Below, piece after piece: positions 49,756 to 59,691 of a stretch of DNA of 63,630 nucleotides (within the stretch, counting starts at the first letter, position 1; the number at the start of each line of letters is the position of its first letter). The notes under the pieces were generated by a model. It was not told where the DNA came from, made no database searches, and saw nothing but the letters and a program-made list of their open reading frames with translations. Source of the DNA: Candidatus Bathyarchaeia archaeon (lineage in GTDB: Archaea; Thermoproteota; Bathyarchaeia; Bathyarchaeales; Bathycorpusculaceae). The position numbers were made by a program, and so were the translations under genes. Where the stretch lies: NCBI GenBank assembly GCA_049515895.1, contig JBEKTQ010000017.1, positions 1 through 63,630 of the forward strand. Reading direction: 5' to 3'.

Positions 49756-50655
49756 GTGAAATTTGGCGTATTTCTTTATCAACCTGAGCCTGTTGAAGGC
49801 GTCGACTATAACTTTTATCGTTTGAAATCAGAGTCAGGAAACGTTGGAAAACCAAACCCCCAGATGTACACTAACATCGCAGTCTTCGGCGACAACGCCC
49901 TTGCCGCAAAACGCCCCGAGTGGATTTCAATGAGCAAGGACGGTCCAGCTTTCCGGACAAACAAAAAATACAACTTGCGCTGGGACGTGCTCTGCATGAC
50001 CAACCCTGAAGTCCGCGAATACAACCTTAAAATTATTGCCGAATCAGCCAAAGCAACGCCAGGCATAAGCATCAGTAGCCAACATTTCGCTGAACGCGAC
50101 TTCTGTGTGTGCCCACGATGCGTTGAACAATGGCGCCAAAGCGGGTTAAGCTGGGTTGAGTGGCGGGCAAAAAGCGTGACCGAATTCCTGAGCGAAGTCC
50201 GGGAGATAGTCAAGAACAAACCGCTTTTCGTTAACTGCCTTCCTGACCCACTGCTAGGCAAGATGCGGTTCGGTTACGACTTCGAAGCCATGGCGCAGTA
50301 CGCTGACTATTTCGTCATCCCAATGTTCAGCAAGGCTTACCCGACGCCTTGGTACTGGGAAACCATCGCAAGAGGTTACAAGAGTTTTCTCAAAAAACCA
50401 GTCTTCGTGAACTTCTACGTACGGGGGCCAAACGAAACTTGGGAAACGGTCGCACCACACAGGCAAATCATGACTGTTGCCACGCGGGCTGCAAGAACAG
50501 GCGTCGACGGAATCATATTCCTCGCAGAAAAAGCCCAATGGATTCAGGAGTTCCAAAAGAAAGCCGTCGCTGACAAGGAATGGCGAAAAGAACTTGAAGG
50601 CTACGGCGGGGACGAAGTGCTCGAACTCTTCAATCGCTGGGAAAAAATAGTCTAA
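49756..50655 (+). CDS. Hypothetical Cys-containing TIM-barrel-like protein, paralog 2
   Basis: LCMTNP, HF..FCVCPRC, WVEWRAKSVTEF, FGYD. Confidence 0.7.
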   Translation: MKFGVFLYQPEPVEGVDYNFYRLKSESGNVGKPNPQMYTNIAVFGDNALAAKRPEWISMSKDGPAFRTNKKYNLRWDVLCMTNPEVREYNLKIIAESAKATPGISISSQHFAERDFCVCPRCVEQWRQSGLSWVEWRAKSVTEFLSEVREIVKNKPLFVNCLPDPLLGKMRFGYDFEAMAQYADYFVIPMFSKAYPTPWYWETIARGYKSFLKKPVFVNFYVRGPNETWETVAPHRQIMTVATRAARTGVDGIIFLAEKAQWIQEFQKKAVADKEWRKELEGYGGDEVLELFNRWEKIV

Positions 50656-51113
50656 ACTTCCCTACTCTTCTCGTTTGTTCAATTAAGAGTAGAAGAAGAT
50701 CGCTTTTTTTCAAGGTTTCTTCTTCCACTAATTAAGACGATTATTTCTTCAACACTTGACGGTCATTGGGCAATTCAGGCACAGAATAACAACAACACGC
50801 TACATTTTTTGGTTGTTGTTGTTCTACTTTGAATAAAAAAGGACTCACTATCAATGTGTCTTTAGATTGCAGCTATTGGTTAAGGATTTATTGACAAAAA
50901 ACAAACAGAAGTCCACGAAGAAACCGCCTAACTTTTAGTGGGTATCGGCTATTTGCGATGAAAAACAAGGCAAAAAGCAAAGGCAGACTGGCAAAATTGG
51001 TTTCATGCCCCGCAAACTCCTTTAGTTTGCTTGCTTTGCATTTCTGCGACTTATCTAGAAAACTATATAATTCCTCACAACGTACAAGCAGTCACCTAAA
51101 GAGCGTATCGAGT

Positions 51114-52499
51114 TTGAAAATTACTCTGGTTAATCCCCCTTACCCGCCGCATGTACACTCGCACCCGCCATTTATCCCGCTGGGTCTAGCTTACCTGGGC
51201 GCGGTATCTGAACAGCAGGGGCACGAAGTCAATATTCTCGACTGCCAAGCTGAACGGTTAACGAACGATCTTTTCAGACAGAGAATCAGCCAGCTAAACC
51301 CCGACGTCATCGGTGTAACAGCCACCACTCTTCTCTACAAATCAGCTATGCAGCTCATCAACATAGCCAAGCAAGCCCAACCCCAAGCCGTCACTATGCT
51401 TGGGGGAAGCCACGGAACCTTCTGGGACGAAAACGCCCTCAAAGAGTACCCAAACCTCGATGTGGTCGTGCGTAGGGAAGGCGAAATAACCTTCATCGAA
51501 CTGCTCAACAAGCTCCAAAGTGCAAGCAGCCTCGCAGATGTGTTGGGAGTAACTTTTCGATCAAAAGACGGAACAATAGTACGCACAGAGGATAGGCCGT
51601 TCATGCAGGACCTGGACTTACTGCCTTTCCCAGCGCATCATCTGCTCCCGCTTGACTCACTTAAACGAATGGGCAAAGTCCTATTCCCGCTTATCACAAG
51701 CCGCGGCTGCGTCTACTGGTGCGACTTCTGCAGCACAGTACGCATGTTCGGCAGGGGGTACCGATGGCGAAGCCCCAAAAATGTCGTCGACGAAATGCAG
51801 TTAGTCCATGACAAGTACGGAGTCGACCAAGTCACCTTTTACGACGACGCCTTCACAGTTAACCGAGAACGGGTGTTCAAAATCTGTGAGGAACTCCACG
51901 CCAGAAAACTGGATATGACTTGGGACTGCGGCACACGAGTAGACATGGTTGACCGTGAAATGCTCAAAACCATGCATGACGCAGGCTGCATAGCTGTTTG
52001 GCTCGGTGTGGAATCAGGTTCAGAAGCTATCTTAGGCAAAATGAACAAGAAAATCAAGCTTGACCAGACACGTTTAGCCTACAAAACAGCGCAGGACGTA
52101 GGGTTAATGACGATTGCCAATGTAGTCTTGGGCTTCCCAGGCGAGACAGAGCAGACGGCGCGGGAAACCATCCGCTTCGTAAAAGAATTAAACCCCGATG
52201 ACGTCGGCTTCTACGTAGCCACACCGTACCCTGGGACACCAATGTACGAGCAAGTCAGGAAAAACGGCTGGCTCCGGGTCACAGACTTCGACAAGTACGA
52301 CACTGCAGGACCAACATTCGAAACCCCTTGGCTAAGCATGGAGAAACTCGCGGAAATCCGCTACAAAGCCTACCAACAATTTTATCTGCGCCCAGGATAC
52401 GTATTTCACATGATGCGCAAAGGCGGAACATATGGCGTTTCAGCGGTCAAAACTTCAGGCGCTTATCTGCTCAGGGCTTTGCACATCAGGTTGTCTTGA
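51114..52499 (+). CDS. Cobalamin-binding radical SAM protein (class B methyltransferase-like)
   Basis: LVNPP, PLGLAYL, GGSH, EGE, SRGCVYWCDFC, GVESGS, TPYPGT; start set at TTG 51114. Confidence 0.92.
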   Translation: MKITLVNPPYPPHVHSHPPFIPLGLAYLGAVSEQQGHEVNILDCQAERLTNDLFRQRISQLNPDVIGVTATTLLYKSAMQLINIAKQAQPQAVTMLGGSHGTFWDENALKEYPNLDVVVRREGEITFIELLNKLQSASSLADVLGVTFRSKDGTIVRTEDRPFMQDLDLLPFPAHHLLPLDSLKRMGKVLFPLITSRGCVYWCDFCSTVRMFGRGYRWRSPKNVVDEMQLVHDKYGVDQVTFYDDAFTVNRERVFKICEELHARKLDMTWDCGTRVDMVDREMLKTMHDAGCIAVWLGVESGSEAILGKMNKKIKLDQTRLAYKTAQDVGLMTIANVVLGFPGETEQTARETIRFVKELNPDDVGFYVATPYPGTPMYEQVRKNGWLRVTDFDKYDTAGPTFETPWLSMEKLAEIRYKAYQQFYLRPGYVFHMMRKGGTYGVSAVKTSGAYLLRALHIRLS

Positions 52500-52874
52500 C
52501 TTTCTAATAAAAGCAATAACCGCAAAAACCAGCACAATTGCGCCAAGGGAAACAGTTATCGAATTAAAGTTTATTCCTATGGGCGAAAGACCCAAAAACA
52601 AACCCGCCAACCCATCTAAACCAAAACTCAAAGCCACCGACAGAACCGCCTGCTCTACTGGATCAATCTTGTTTTTGCCCGTAAAAAGGATGTTCACTAA
52701 ACAATAGCCTGGCAGAAAAACGACAAAAACAAAACCGAAAACATAACGCAAAACAGCAAACAAAGAGTCCCCGGGAATAAGATAAGTTACGGCTAACGTT
52801 AAAACTGTAAATGCGATAATAATTTCAAGCCATTCGAGAGCTTTCAGATTTTCGCGCTTCAAAAACTTTAACAA
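52455..52874 (-). CDS. DUF1616-like membrane protein
   Basis: R..FG..FV.FLPGY, E...LSVALS. Confidence 0.75.
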   Translation of the reverse strand: MLKFLKRENLKALEWLEIIIAFTVLTLAVTYLIPGDSLFAVLRYVFGFVFVVFLPGYCLVNILFTGKNKIDPVEQAVLSVALSFGLDGLAGLFLGLSPIGINFNSITVSLGAIVLVFAVIAFIRKSRQPDVQSPEQISA

Positions 52875-52897
52875 TAAAAAATAAAGGAAGGGGTTTT

Positions 52898-53809
52898 CTA
52901 CATAAACATCTTGTAGATCGGATGAGTCTCGTCTACTGGTCTAGTCCCAAGGTCGCCTGCGGCTGAAGCGATGTAAGTGTCTGTTACGGCAACGGCGGGA
53001 AATATCCATTCGGCTTGCTCAGCGGGTCCAATCATAAGCCAATTTGCGCCTGCGGTCTGCATTATCGAGTTGGTTGATGTCCTACATCCAGGCCTGAATT
53101 CTTTGGCAACGTTAGCTTTTACCCAACCCATGGTTGTGACAACGTTTCCGCTGCCTAACCCTACTGGGTGACCATACTTTTCTTTCATGATAGGTATGGT
53201 TCTTACTGAAGTGCCCATATCTGGAGCGAACGCTGGAATAGCAGTGTCAATGAGCGGTTTTGTGATTCCACCCTTCTCTGCTAACGCTAAAGCTTCCTGG
53301 ATAACGGCCATCTTCCCTTCTAGAGTGTTGTCTTTAGGGTTGTCAGCGAGCACAATTGACATTTTGACGCCGCTCTCTTTCAAATTCGCCAATTCAGCAT
53401 CAGTGACACCTTTGTACACTGAGTTGTAGAGGCATCTGTCTGAAAGTCCCATTTTCTTAGCAATGGTTGCCGCTGTCATACGTGTCTTTGGACTCATAGC
53501 ATCAAGCATAAGAGGCGCGTCACTGTGCTTAGCAACAAAGTCAATGTACTTCTCAAATGCCAAATCAGTAGTTCCAACAATGTCTAAAGCGAACTGCACT
53601 CCTGTAATGTCACTTTGAGTTTGCATCGTGTTGATTATGTCTTCGGCAGCTTTAGCATCAAAAATGCCTTTGTTTGCGTCTTGAACCATTTTCTGGCCAA
53701 GCCAAAAGATGGAACCAATCAGAAAAGTCGGTAGTTCTCCCGGTTGGCCGCCTACTTTAGCTCTTCCAACAGTGTATATTTTTTGTTCCGTGTTGAATTT
53801 AAAGGACAT
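52898..53809 (-). CDS. mtrH: MtrH-family H4MPT methyltransferase (MtrH/MtxH-like)
   Basis: FNTEQK, VGGQPGELPTFLIGSIF, YNS, LIDTA, YGHPVG.G.GN. Confidence 0.88.
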   Translation of the reverse strand: MSFKFNTEQKIYTVGRAKVGGQPGELPTFLIGSIFWLGQKMVQDANKGIFDAKAAEDIINTMQTQSDITGVQFALDIVGTTDLAFEKYIDFVAKHSDAPLMLDAMSPKTRMTAATIAKKMGLSDRCLYNSVYKGVTDAELANLKESGVKMSIVLADNPKDNTLEGKMAVIQEALALAEKGGITKPLIDTAIPAFAPDMGTSVRTIPIMKEKYGHPVGLGSGNVVTTMGWVKANVAKEFRPGCRTSTNSIMQTAGANWLMIGPAEQAEWIFPAVAVTDTYIASAAGDLGTRPVDETHPIYKMFM

Positions 53810-53828
53810 TTTTCCTCATCTGATGGAC

Positions 53829-54257
53829 TTATTTTTTGCCTATTGCTTTCTTTGCGAGTTCAGGAGCCTCTTCCTTGTTTTTGCCAAAGAGTGCACCCAT
53901 AGCATCAGCGTCTTCTTTTTTGACTGCAGCTCCGCCCATAATTATGGCGATTTTTCCTTTGAGGCCAGCTGCCTTTAATGCTTCATCCAGTTTTGGAAGA
54001 TTATTCTTTGCTGGCACTGTGTTCACTGAAATAGCAATCAAGTTTGCGTTGTTCTCTCTTGCTTTGTCAACGAAAACTTGCGGGGCAACGCTTTTTCCGA
54101 CGTCTATTGTTTTAAATCCAGCGCGTTTTAGTGATCTTCTGACTGCTTCTTTCGCAGTGTCGTGCATGTCCGGTTCAATATTGCCTATAACGACTATGCC
54201 GATCGGATTCTCTGGTTCTGGAGGCTCTTTCTCCATCATAGATTTAAGCCACGACAT
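53829..54257 (-). CDS. Stand-alone corrinoid (B12-binding) protein
   Basis: DMHDTAK (DxHxxG variant), IDVG, IAIS, MGGAAV. Confidence 0.85.
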   Translation of the reverse strand: MSWLKSMMEKEPPEPENPIGIVVIGNIEPDMHDTAKEAVRRSLKRAGFKTIDVGKSVAPQVFVDKARENNANLIAISVNTVPAKNNLPKLDEALKAAGLKGKIAIIMGGAAVKKEDADAMGALFGKNKEEAPELAKKAIGKK

Positions 54258-54377
54258 TTAAACACCTTTTTTCCTTTTTTGTTACTCTGGGCTTTTTATA
54301 CTCGAGTTTCATATTTAAGCTTTGACCAATAATTTCATGAAACATAAAAGAATGCTACGGAAAAGAGAAGGGCGCAA

Positions 54378-56687
54378 ATGTTCAAGGCAAACAAAAAATA
54401 CTTGCTACTGCTGTTGATTTTCGGTTTCTCTTTCATTTACCGCATCGTCCTAATGTTTTGGCAAAGTTTTCCGCCGGGAGCCGACATAGGTTTACACGCC
54501 AGCGTCATCAACTCAATAACGGGGTCAGGTAACACTAATTTCCTCTATGACTACTACCAGATGGGCGGAGGTCAATCCTTAACCTTTCCAGGGTACCATA
54601 TTTTCACTTCAGCCATAATGCTCATGACTGGCTTGACGGATTATGTGGCGCAGGCCCTAATTGTTGCATTGTTTTCTTCGCTTATTGTTTTAGCTTCTTT
54701 CTTGATAACAAGAACAGTTTGGCATGAATCAGCAGCTTTTATTGTGGCCTTTTTAGTCGCAGTTTCACGTTTCGATATCGAAATGCTCATGTGGGCAGGT
54801 TATCCCAACGTCATAACGCTGCTTTTAATCCCTATTACGTTCTATTTGTTTCTTCGTAGGGAAAGGTTTTCGCTGGCGCCTTTTCTTGTATCAAGTTCTA
54901 TTTTAGTAGGATCAATATTTTTGACTCACTCTTTAAGCGCTGCCGTTTTCATAGGAATAACTGTTTCCACAGTGTTTTTTGCGTTAATTGCTCCTAAAAC
55001 ATTCGGAACAAGAAGAAAAAATGTTCTTAGTTGGGTACTCCCGCTGCTCGGAGGAGCACTTCTCGTTTCGCCGTTTCTCGCGAGTGCAGTTCCTGCCTAC
55101 TTGAGCGCCAACTCGTCATTTTCAGCCGTTAACGAGATTAATAGAGCGATAATCGCGACAAGAGTTCTTCCAATGGATGAAGTTTTAGCTCTCTTCGCCT
55201 GTCTCCTGCCTCTCCTTCTGTTATCCAAAAAATATAAACGCCGATTCATTTCACTTCCAACTTTCCTTCTGATTATGTGGCTTTTCGTTCCGTTAGTGCT
55301 AACACAAGGTTATTTGTTTGGGCTTATAGTCGATTATAATCGTTTTCTTTATTTCTTGGTCCTGCCGGCTATCATACTCTTTGCCGTGATGATTGATCAT
55401 GGTTCAGCATATTTTGCTCATTTAACAGTAACATACAACACTCTGACCAACCAAGTGACGAAAACGACGCGAGCTGCAAACAAGTGGGCAACACGAATCT
55501 CTGCTGGCGTGACCCGCAATAGAGTTTACTCCCTCTTCGCATTAGGTTTCATACTTATCTTTCTGGTGACCCTCCCCATATTTCTTACTCCTTGGCAAGG
55601 CGTAACGATTCAAAGCTTCTATCAAACGATGGATAAACCTGGCTACCAAGCAATTCAATGGGCTAAACAAAACACTCAGCCCGGTTCAATCTTTGTTTCT
55701 GATGCTCTTTACGGATGGTGGCTTGGCGGTTTTGCAGAGCGGCCAACGTTGAGCGCAGTTCAACCGCAATATTTGACGGTTGACAGCGAGTTAGCGCCAG
55801 CAACTTTTGCCTCTAATCTACTTGACACAGATTACCTAATTGATAATGGCTACATTCAAATTCGAGAAGACGGCGGATACGTTGGGAGGCATAACCCCGA
55901 ATTTTTAGCGGACCTTAGCTGGACACCTTTCCCCTTTCCATTCTTCCAGTTTAACAATAGTGAAACTACTTTGCTGTCACAAAATGCTGGATCTATGCAG
56001 TCCACAGACGTAACGCAGATGCCAGTAGTCAACATGCAACTAATGGGCGCCCAAAGTAATCGCCCATCAATTGTCGTTGACAAAGCAAATGGCGACTTCA
56101 GTTATTCGGAAATCTTAACGGTTTCTCAAGGCGTCGCCTTCGCAAATATGACCATAACCATCAAAAGCGTTAATCAGAACGTTTCTTTAGACTGGATCAA
56201 TTTCATAATGAATGCCCAAGGCCAATTTCAGCAACCTTCCAAAAACTCAGTTGCAACGTTGGATGCTGGCCTAAAGGAGGTCGGTCAACTTGTTTTCCCG
56301 AATAATCCACCACTAGTCACTGCATTTAACTCTCAGAATCCCTGCATCATACAGCTTTCTTACAATTTGCAAGGCAAATCCTCAGCAGAAATACAAATCC
56401 TAGTTGGCATCTACCAAGTTACGGAAAATGAGATAGCGAACCCGGCAAGCCTCAACACAACTTTAATGAGCAACGTTCAAAACTCCCAAAAACCAGCCGC
56501 CGGTTTACCCATTGCTACGTTTGACTATAAAGAGGAGTTGCAGGCAAATTCGGTTTCTTATGTCGCAAACCGCGATTTTGGGGCGAACGCGAAATTTGCT
56601 GATGACCCCGAATTTAGCCTCGTATTTATTAACAATGAAGTTGCCATCTTTAAAGTCAGGGCGAACATCAATCAGACTGGAGGATAA
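54378..56687 (+). CDS. Polytopic membrane protein, GT-C glycosyltransferase-like
   Basis: GADIGLH, FPGYH, GYPN, THSLS, RFLYF; about 13 TM plus extracellular domain. Confidence 0.65.
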   Translation: MFKANKKYLLLLLIFGFSFIYRIVLMFWQSFPPGADIGLHASVINSITGSGNTNFLYDYYQMGGGQSLTFPGYHIFTSAIMLMTGLTDYVAQALIVALFSSLIVLASFLITRTVWHESAAFIVAFLVAVSRFDIEMLMWAGYPNVITLLLIPITFYLFLRRERFSLAPFLVSSSILVGSIFLTHSLSAAVFIGITVSTVFFALIAPKTFGTRRKNVLSWVLPLLGGALLVSPFLASAVPAYLSANSSFSAVNEINRAIIATRVLPMDEVLALFACLLPLLLLSKKYKRRFISLPTFLLIMWLFVPLVLTQGYLFGLIVDYNRFLYFLVLPAIILFAVMIDHGSAYFAHLTVTYNTLTNQVTKTTRAANKWATRISAGVTRNRVYSLFALGFILIFLVTLPIFLTPWQGVTIQSFYQTMDKPGYQAIQWAKQNTQPGSIFVSDALYGWWLGGFAERPTLSAVQPQYLTVDSELAPATFASNLLDTDYLIDNGYIQIREDGGYVGRHNPEFLADLSWTPFPFPFFQFNNSETTLLSQNAGSMQSTDVTQMPVVNMQLMGAQSNRPSIVVDKANGDFSYSEILTVSQGVAFANMTITIKSVNQNVSLDWINFIMNAQGQFQQPSKNSVATLDAGLKEVGQLVFPNNPPLVTAFNSQNPCIIQLSYNLQGKSSAEIQILVGIYQVTENEIANPASLNTTLMSNVQNSQKPAAGLPIATFDYKEELQANSVSYVANRDFGANAKFADDPEFSLVFINNEVAIFKVRANINQTGG

Positions 56688-56695
56688 CTGGCTTT

Positions 56696-59056
56696 TTGTT
56701 GGGTAAGTTGGCAAAGGAGAGACAGCTTGAAGTTGCCTTTATAACGATTTTTTCTGTGCTTGTTTTACTCATCTTCTACACTGTTGTATCGATGAATGGT
56801 GTTGTGCTCGGAAATGACCCTGCCGTTCACTTGGTGAAAGCACAAATATTCTTGAATACAGGTAAAATACCCCTAGAAAACTTGGGCTGGACGCCTCCGC
56901 TTTACGAGCTTTTGCTTGCCATGATTATTTCTTTTAGCGGTGCAACAGGCATCGGACAGATGATTTTTTTGGTGAAAGCTCTCGCGGCAGTGGTTGATTG
57001 GCTTCTCTTCATGGCTGTTTACTTAATGGCTAGCAAGTTTTTTGGGAAGAAGGTTGGGGCTGTAAGTGCTGTTTTGTTGTTGATGTGCTTTCCTGTGTTT
57101 GAGGCTAACCAGTTCGGCGGTTACACCACGGTGCTCGGTATAACCTTTATTCTTTTTACGCTCCTTTACCTAACTAAAGCCACTGCGCAGTTCGGTTACC
57201 TTGTAGTTACTTTTCTTGCGGCTTTTGCTCTTGTTTTGTCCCATCAGCTCGCTGCTTTCCTCGCGGCTTTTATGTTGCCTCCGATCCTGATTTACATGGT
57301 GATAAAGTCCAGAGGCGCTTCGCTTAAGGTTGTGTTAGCCTTGATTGTTGGGGCTGGAATAGCCTTTCTCTATTACTTTAAAGCAATGTTTGGCTACATT
57401 GGGCTTGTCATCGAATACGTGTTTTTTGCAGTGAAAACATATGCTTTCCAGATTCCCTCTGTTAGCTTCCAGGCGTTCATGGTCAACTTTGGATTTATTT
57501 TCTTCCTCGCCCTGAGCGGCATCGTTGTTTCATGCTTTTGGCTGAGGAAAGAGAAGAGACTTTTTTCTTATGCTATATTGATGCTCAGCTTCTTCATCCC
57601 TCTTTTCTTCGCTGAATCTTACCTGTTTGGTTTCTTCATGCCTTTCCAGTGGTTTGTCTACTACTTGACGCCTGCAATGGCTATTTTCGCAGCAGTCTCC
57701 GTGGTTTTCATATGGGACAAGTTTTCAGTGTTCTATTCGAAGAGAGCAAAGCTCATTTCTCTGCAACCCACAGCTGTTGAAGCCAAGCTTACGAAAGGTC
57801 TTAGGCGTCGCATTTTCAATCCTATCCGCAAGAGTTGGCTCCGGATCCTCACTGTCTTCCTTGTTGTGTTGGTATGCGCAGTTCTCGTTTTTCGTTCTGA
57901 TCAGGTGTACGGAAAGATAATTGAGGCGAGCGTTTTCTATTCGACCACCGACCAAAAAGCGCTAGAGGCGGGTGAGTGGCTCAGCCAAAACTACCCGGGT
58001 AACGCAACGGTTGTCGACACAGAAGTGCCCGGCTACTGGTTGGCGGTTTTCTCAGGAAAAAACGTTACAGCCCAAACTTCAGCCACTGTCGAAACAAATG
58101 ACATCGCTTGGCAGGTTCTAACCCTGTCATATGCAATTCAGGACCCGCAGAACCTTTTTCAAGCCTATGAAGCCTATGGGGAGACTTTCCAGGAAAGCTA
58201 CGTTTCCATGAACGGCATCTGGTATCGAGTCATCCATTCATCCACTTCCGGAGACTTCATCTCTTTCACCCAAAACGGGAAGAACTACGATTTTCCATTC
58301 ACGAACCTAACACGCGACGTCTACTTTAACGAACACACTTTCCCTAGGCAGATTCAATTCACGTTCACGAACCAGTACGTAGCGTTGACGGAGACACTGC
58401 TCGTTCAAAATGACTCCTACCCAACCCATGTTTCTTGGTCCGTCACGGCGTTGGGGGGCGACATCTCGAATGTAACCCTCTACTTAACCAACTATTTTGA
58501 CCTCAACTTCGACAAAACGCAGATTCCGAATCTGGCGGATTGGGCTAACCCGTGGAACATAACTTCAAATCAGGCTAACGGGAAAATGTGGACAGTCGTT
58601 AACTTGCCAAACACAACTAATGACAACTACGTCGGCTTCTATGACGACAAAGACCAAGTTGGATGCGCCTTCAACTTCACTGACTATCCAAACTGGGGAA
58701 ACATCGGTGCTTTAGGCAACGGTGTAATAGACGCCGTAAGATTCCAGTATCAATTCGACCAGATCAAAGTGAACCAGAATGTTTCAAGGCAGTATCAGGT
58801 TCTATGCTTATCAAAGGACAACTTCACAGCGCTGCAGCCAAGCAACCTCGAAAACCTTTTGAGCTACAAGACCAGCCAATTCAAGATTCAAACACGTTCC
58901 TTCCAAGACTACATCGCGCTGGAAAACATACAATTCATCGTCTACGACAAAAACCGGCTAGACCCAAACATCACCCGATGCAGGTTCCTGCAGCAAGTTT
59001 ACTCTAACGACCGATACGTGATCTTCAGAATTCTGACCAACTATGATGGAAATTAG
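56696..59056 (+). CDS. Polytopic membrane protein, GT-C-like, paralog of the upstream gene
   Basis: GNDPAVH, TPPLYE, GGY, SHQL; same architecture. Confidence 0.65.
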   Translation: MLGKLAKERQLEVAFITIFSVLVLLIFYTVVSMNGVVLGNDPAVHLVKAQIFLNTGKIPLENLGWTPPLYELLLAMIISFSGATGIGQMIFLVKALAAVVDWLLFMAVYLMASKFFGKKVGAVSAVLLLMCFPVFEANQFGGYTTVLGITFILFTLLYLTKATAQFGYLVVTFLAAFALVLSHQLAAFLAAFMLPPILIYMVIKSRGASLKVVLALIVGAGIAFLYYFKAMFGYIGLVIEYVFFAVKTYAFQIPSVSFQAFMVNFGFIFFLALSGIVVSCFWLRKEKRLFSYAILMLSFFIPLFFAESYLFGFFMPFQWFVYYLTPAMAIFAAVSVVFIWDKFSVFYSKRAKLISLQPTAVEAKLTKGLRRRIFNPIRKSWLRILTVFLVVLVCAVLVFRSDQVYGKIIEASVFYSTTDQKALEAGEWLSQNYPGNATVVDTEVPGYWLAVFSGKNVTAQTSATVETNDIAWQVLTLSYAIQDPQNLFQAYEAYGETFQESYVSMNGIWYRVIHSSTSGDFISFTQNGKNYDFPFTNLTRDVYFNEHTFPRQIQFTFTNQYVALTETLLVQNDSYPTHVSWSVTALGGDISNVTLYLTNYFDLNFDKTQIPNLADWANPWNITSNQANGKMWTVVNLPNTTNDNYVGFYDDKDQVGCAFNFTDYPNWGNIGALGNGVIDAVRFQYQFDQIKVNQNVSRQYQVLCLSKDNFTALQPSNLENLLSYKTSQFKIQTRSFQDYIALENIQFIVYDKNRLDPNITRCRFLQQVYSNDRYVIFRILTNYDGN

Positions 59057-59233
59057 TAGTCAAATGTAGTAAAATAGCTACTAAATCAAAAGAGAAATGA
59101 AAAATGGGTTCTGGATTTTGTGATTTTTCAGTTGTCAATTTAAATAGAAGGCGACGGGAATTTTTAATTTAAAAAAACTTAAATATAAAAAATCACTTAA
59201 GACTAATGCTCGTTTCACAGCCAAGTTGAAGTG

Positions 59234-59308
59234 GCCCGTGTAGCTCAGCCCGGTCTAGAGCGGGGGTCCTGTAAACCCTTGACGGGGGTTCAAATCCCCC
59301 CACGCTTA
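59234..59308 (+). pseudogene. Degenerate tRNA-like gene (Thr-UGU-like loop with C33; broken acceptor stem)
   Basis: D arm gctc/gagc, anticodon arm ggggt-cctgtaa-accct, T arm ggggg-ttcaaat-ccccc; acceptor gcccgtg/cacgctt has only 4 Watson-Crick pairs. Confidence 0.65.
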
Positions 59309-59691
59309 TCTTTTACTAAAGGGCAGGATAAATTCTCCTCCAGATGGTCGATTCCCGTCGGACCCGAACCTTGTGTAGTATGGTTCTCTGTGGGAATTTG
59401 GCCCCAAATGAGGTTTGCAGCTTGGCTTTAGAGGTCGAGAAACCATTCTGTTTTCCTTTAAGGTGATTAGCATAATGCTCTACCTTAAGAGGGTATACAA
59501 CAGGTTTTAGACGGCGGAGAAGGGCATCATCTCAACGGACGTTTATAAGCACTTGTGCAATGATTTGTAAGAAGAAGAATTTGCCTGCGTCATTTTTCTG
59601 TCAGCTAAGACGGTTTAGAACTCAAAATAAGCCCGGTTAGCGAACGCCAAGACCCGAGGCCTCCCCCCAAAATTAAACAAAACTGTGTAAT

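Noticed and set aside
50958-51113. 52-aa N-terminal extension of the B12 radical SAM ORF
   Set aside because: Family homology starts at LKITLVNPP (TTG 51114), and a TATA-like tatataa lies inside the extension.
51114-52499. Specific assignment as a tetraether-lipid ring synthase or methylase
   Set aside because: The motifs support only the general B12 radical SAM class; the substrate cannot be read from sequence.
52898-53809. Evidence for methanogenesis from mtrH or ftr
   Set aside because: No mcr or mtrA-G in the window; both families are widespread in non-methanogenic H4MPT users.
59299-59326. BHB intron in the acceptor stem of the tRNA-like gene
   Set aside because: I could not build a 4-bp central helix with two 3-nt bulges at either candidate junction.
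59490-59540. Fluoride riboswitch, RNase P or SRP RNA on the minus strand
   Set aside because: Only superficial motif similarity; the diagnostic conserved blocks were not found.
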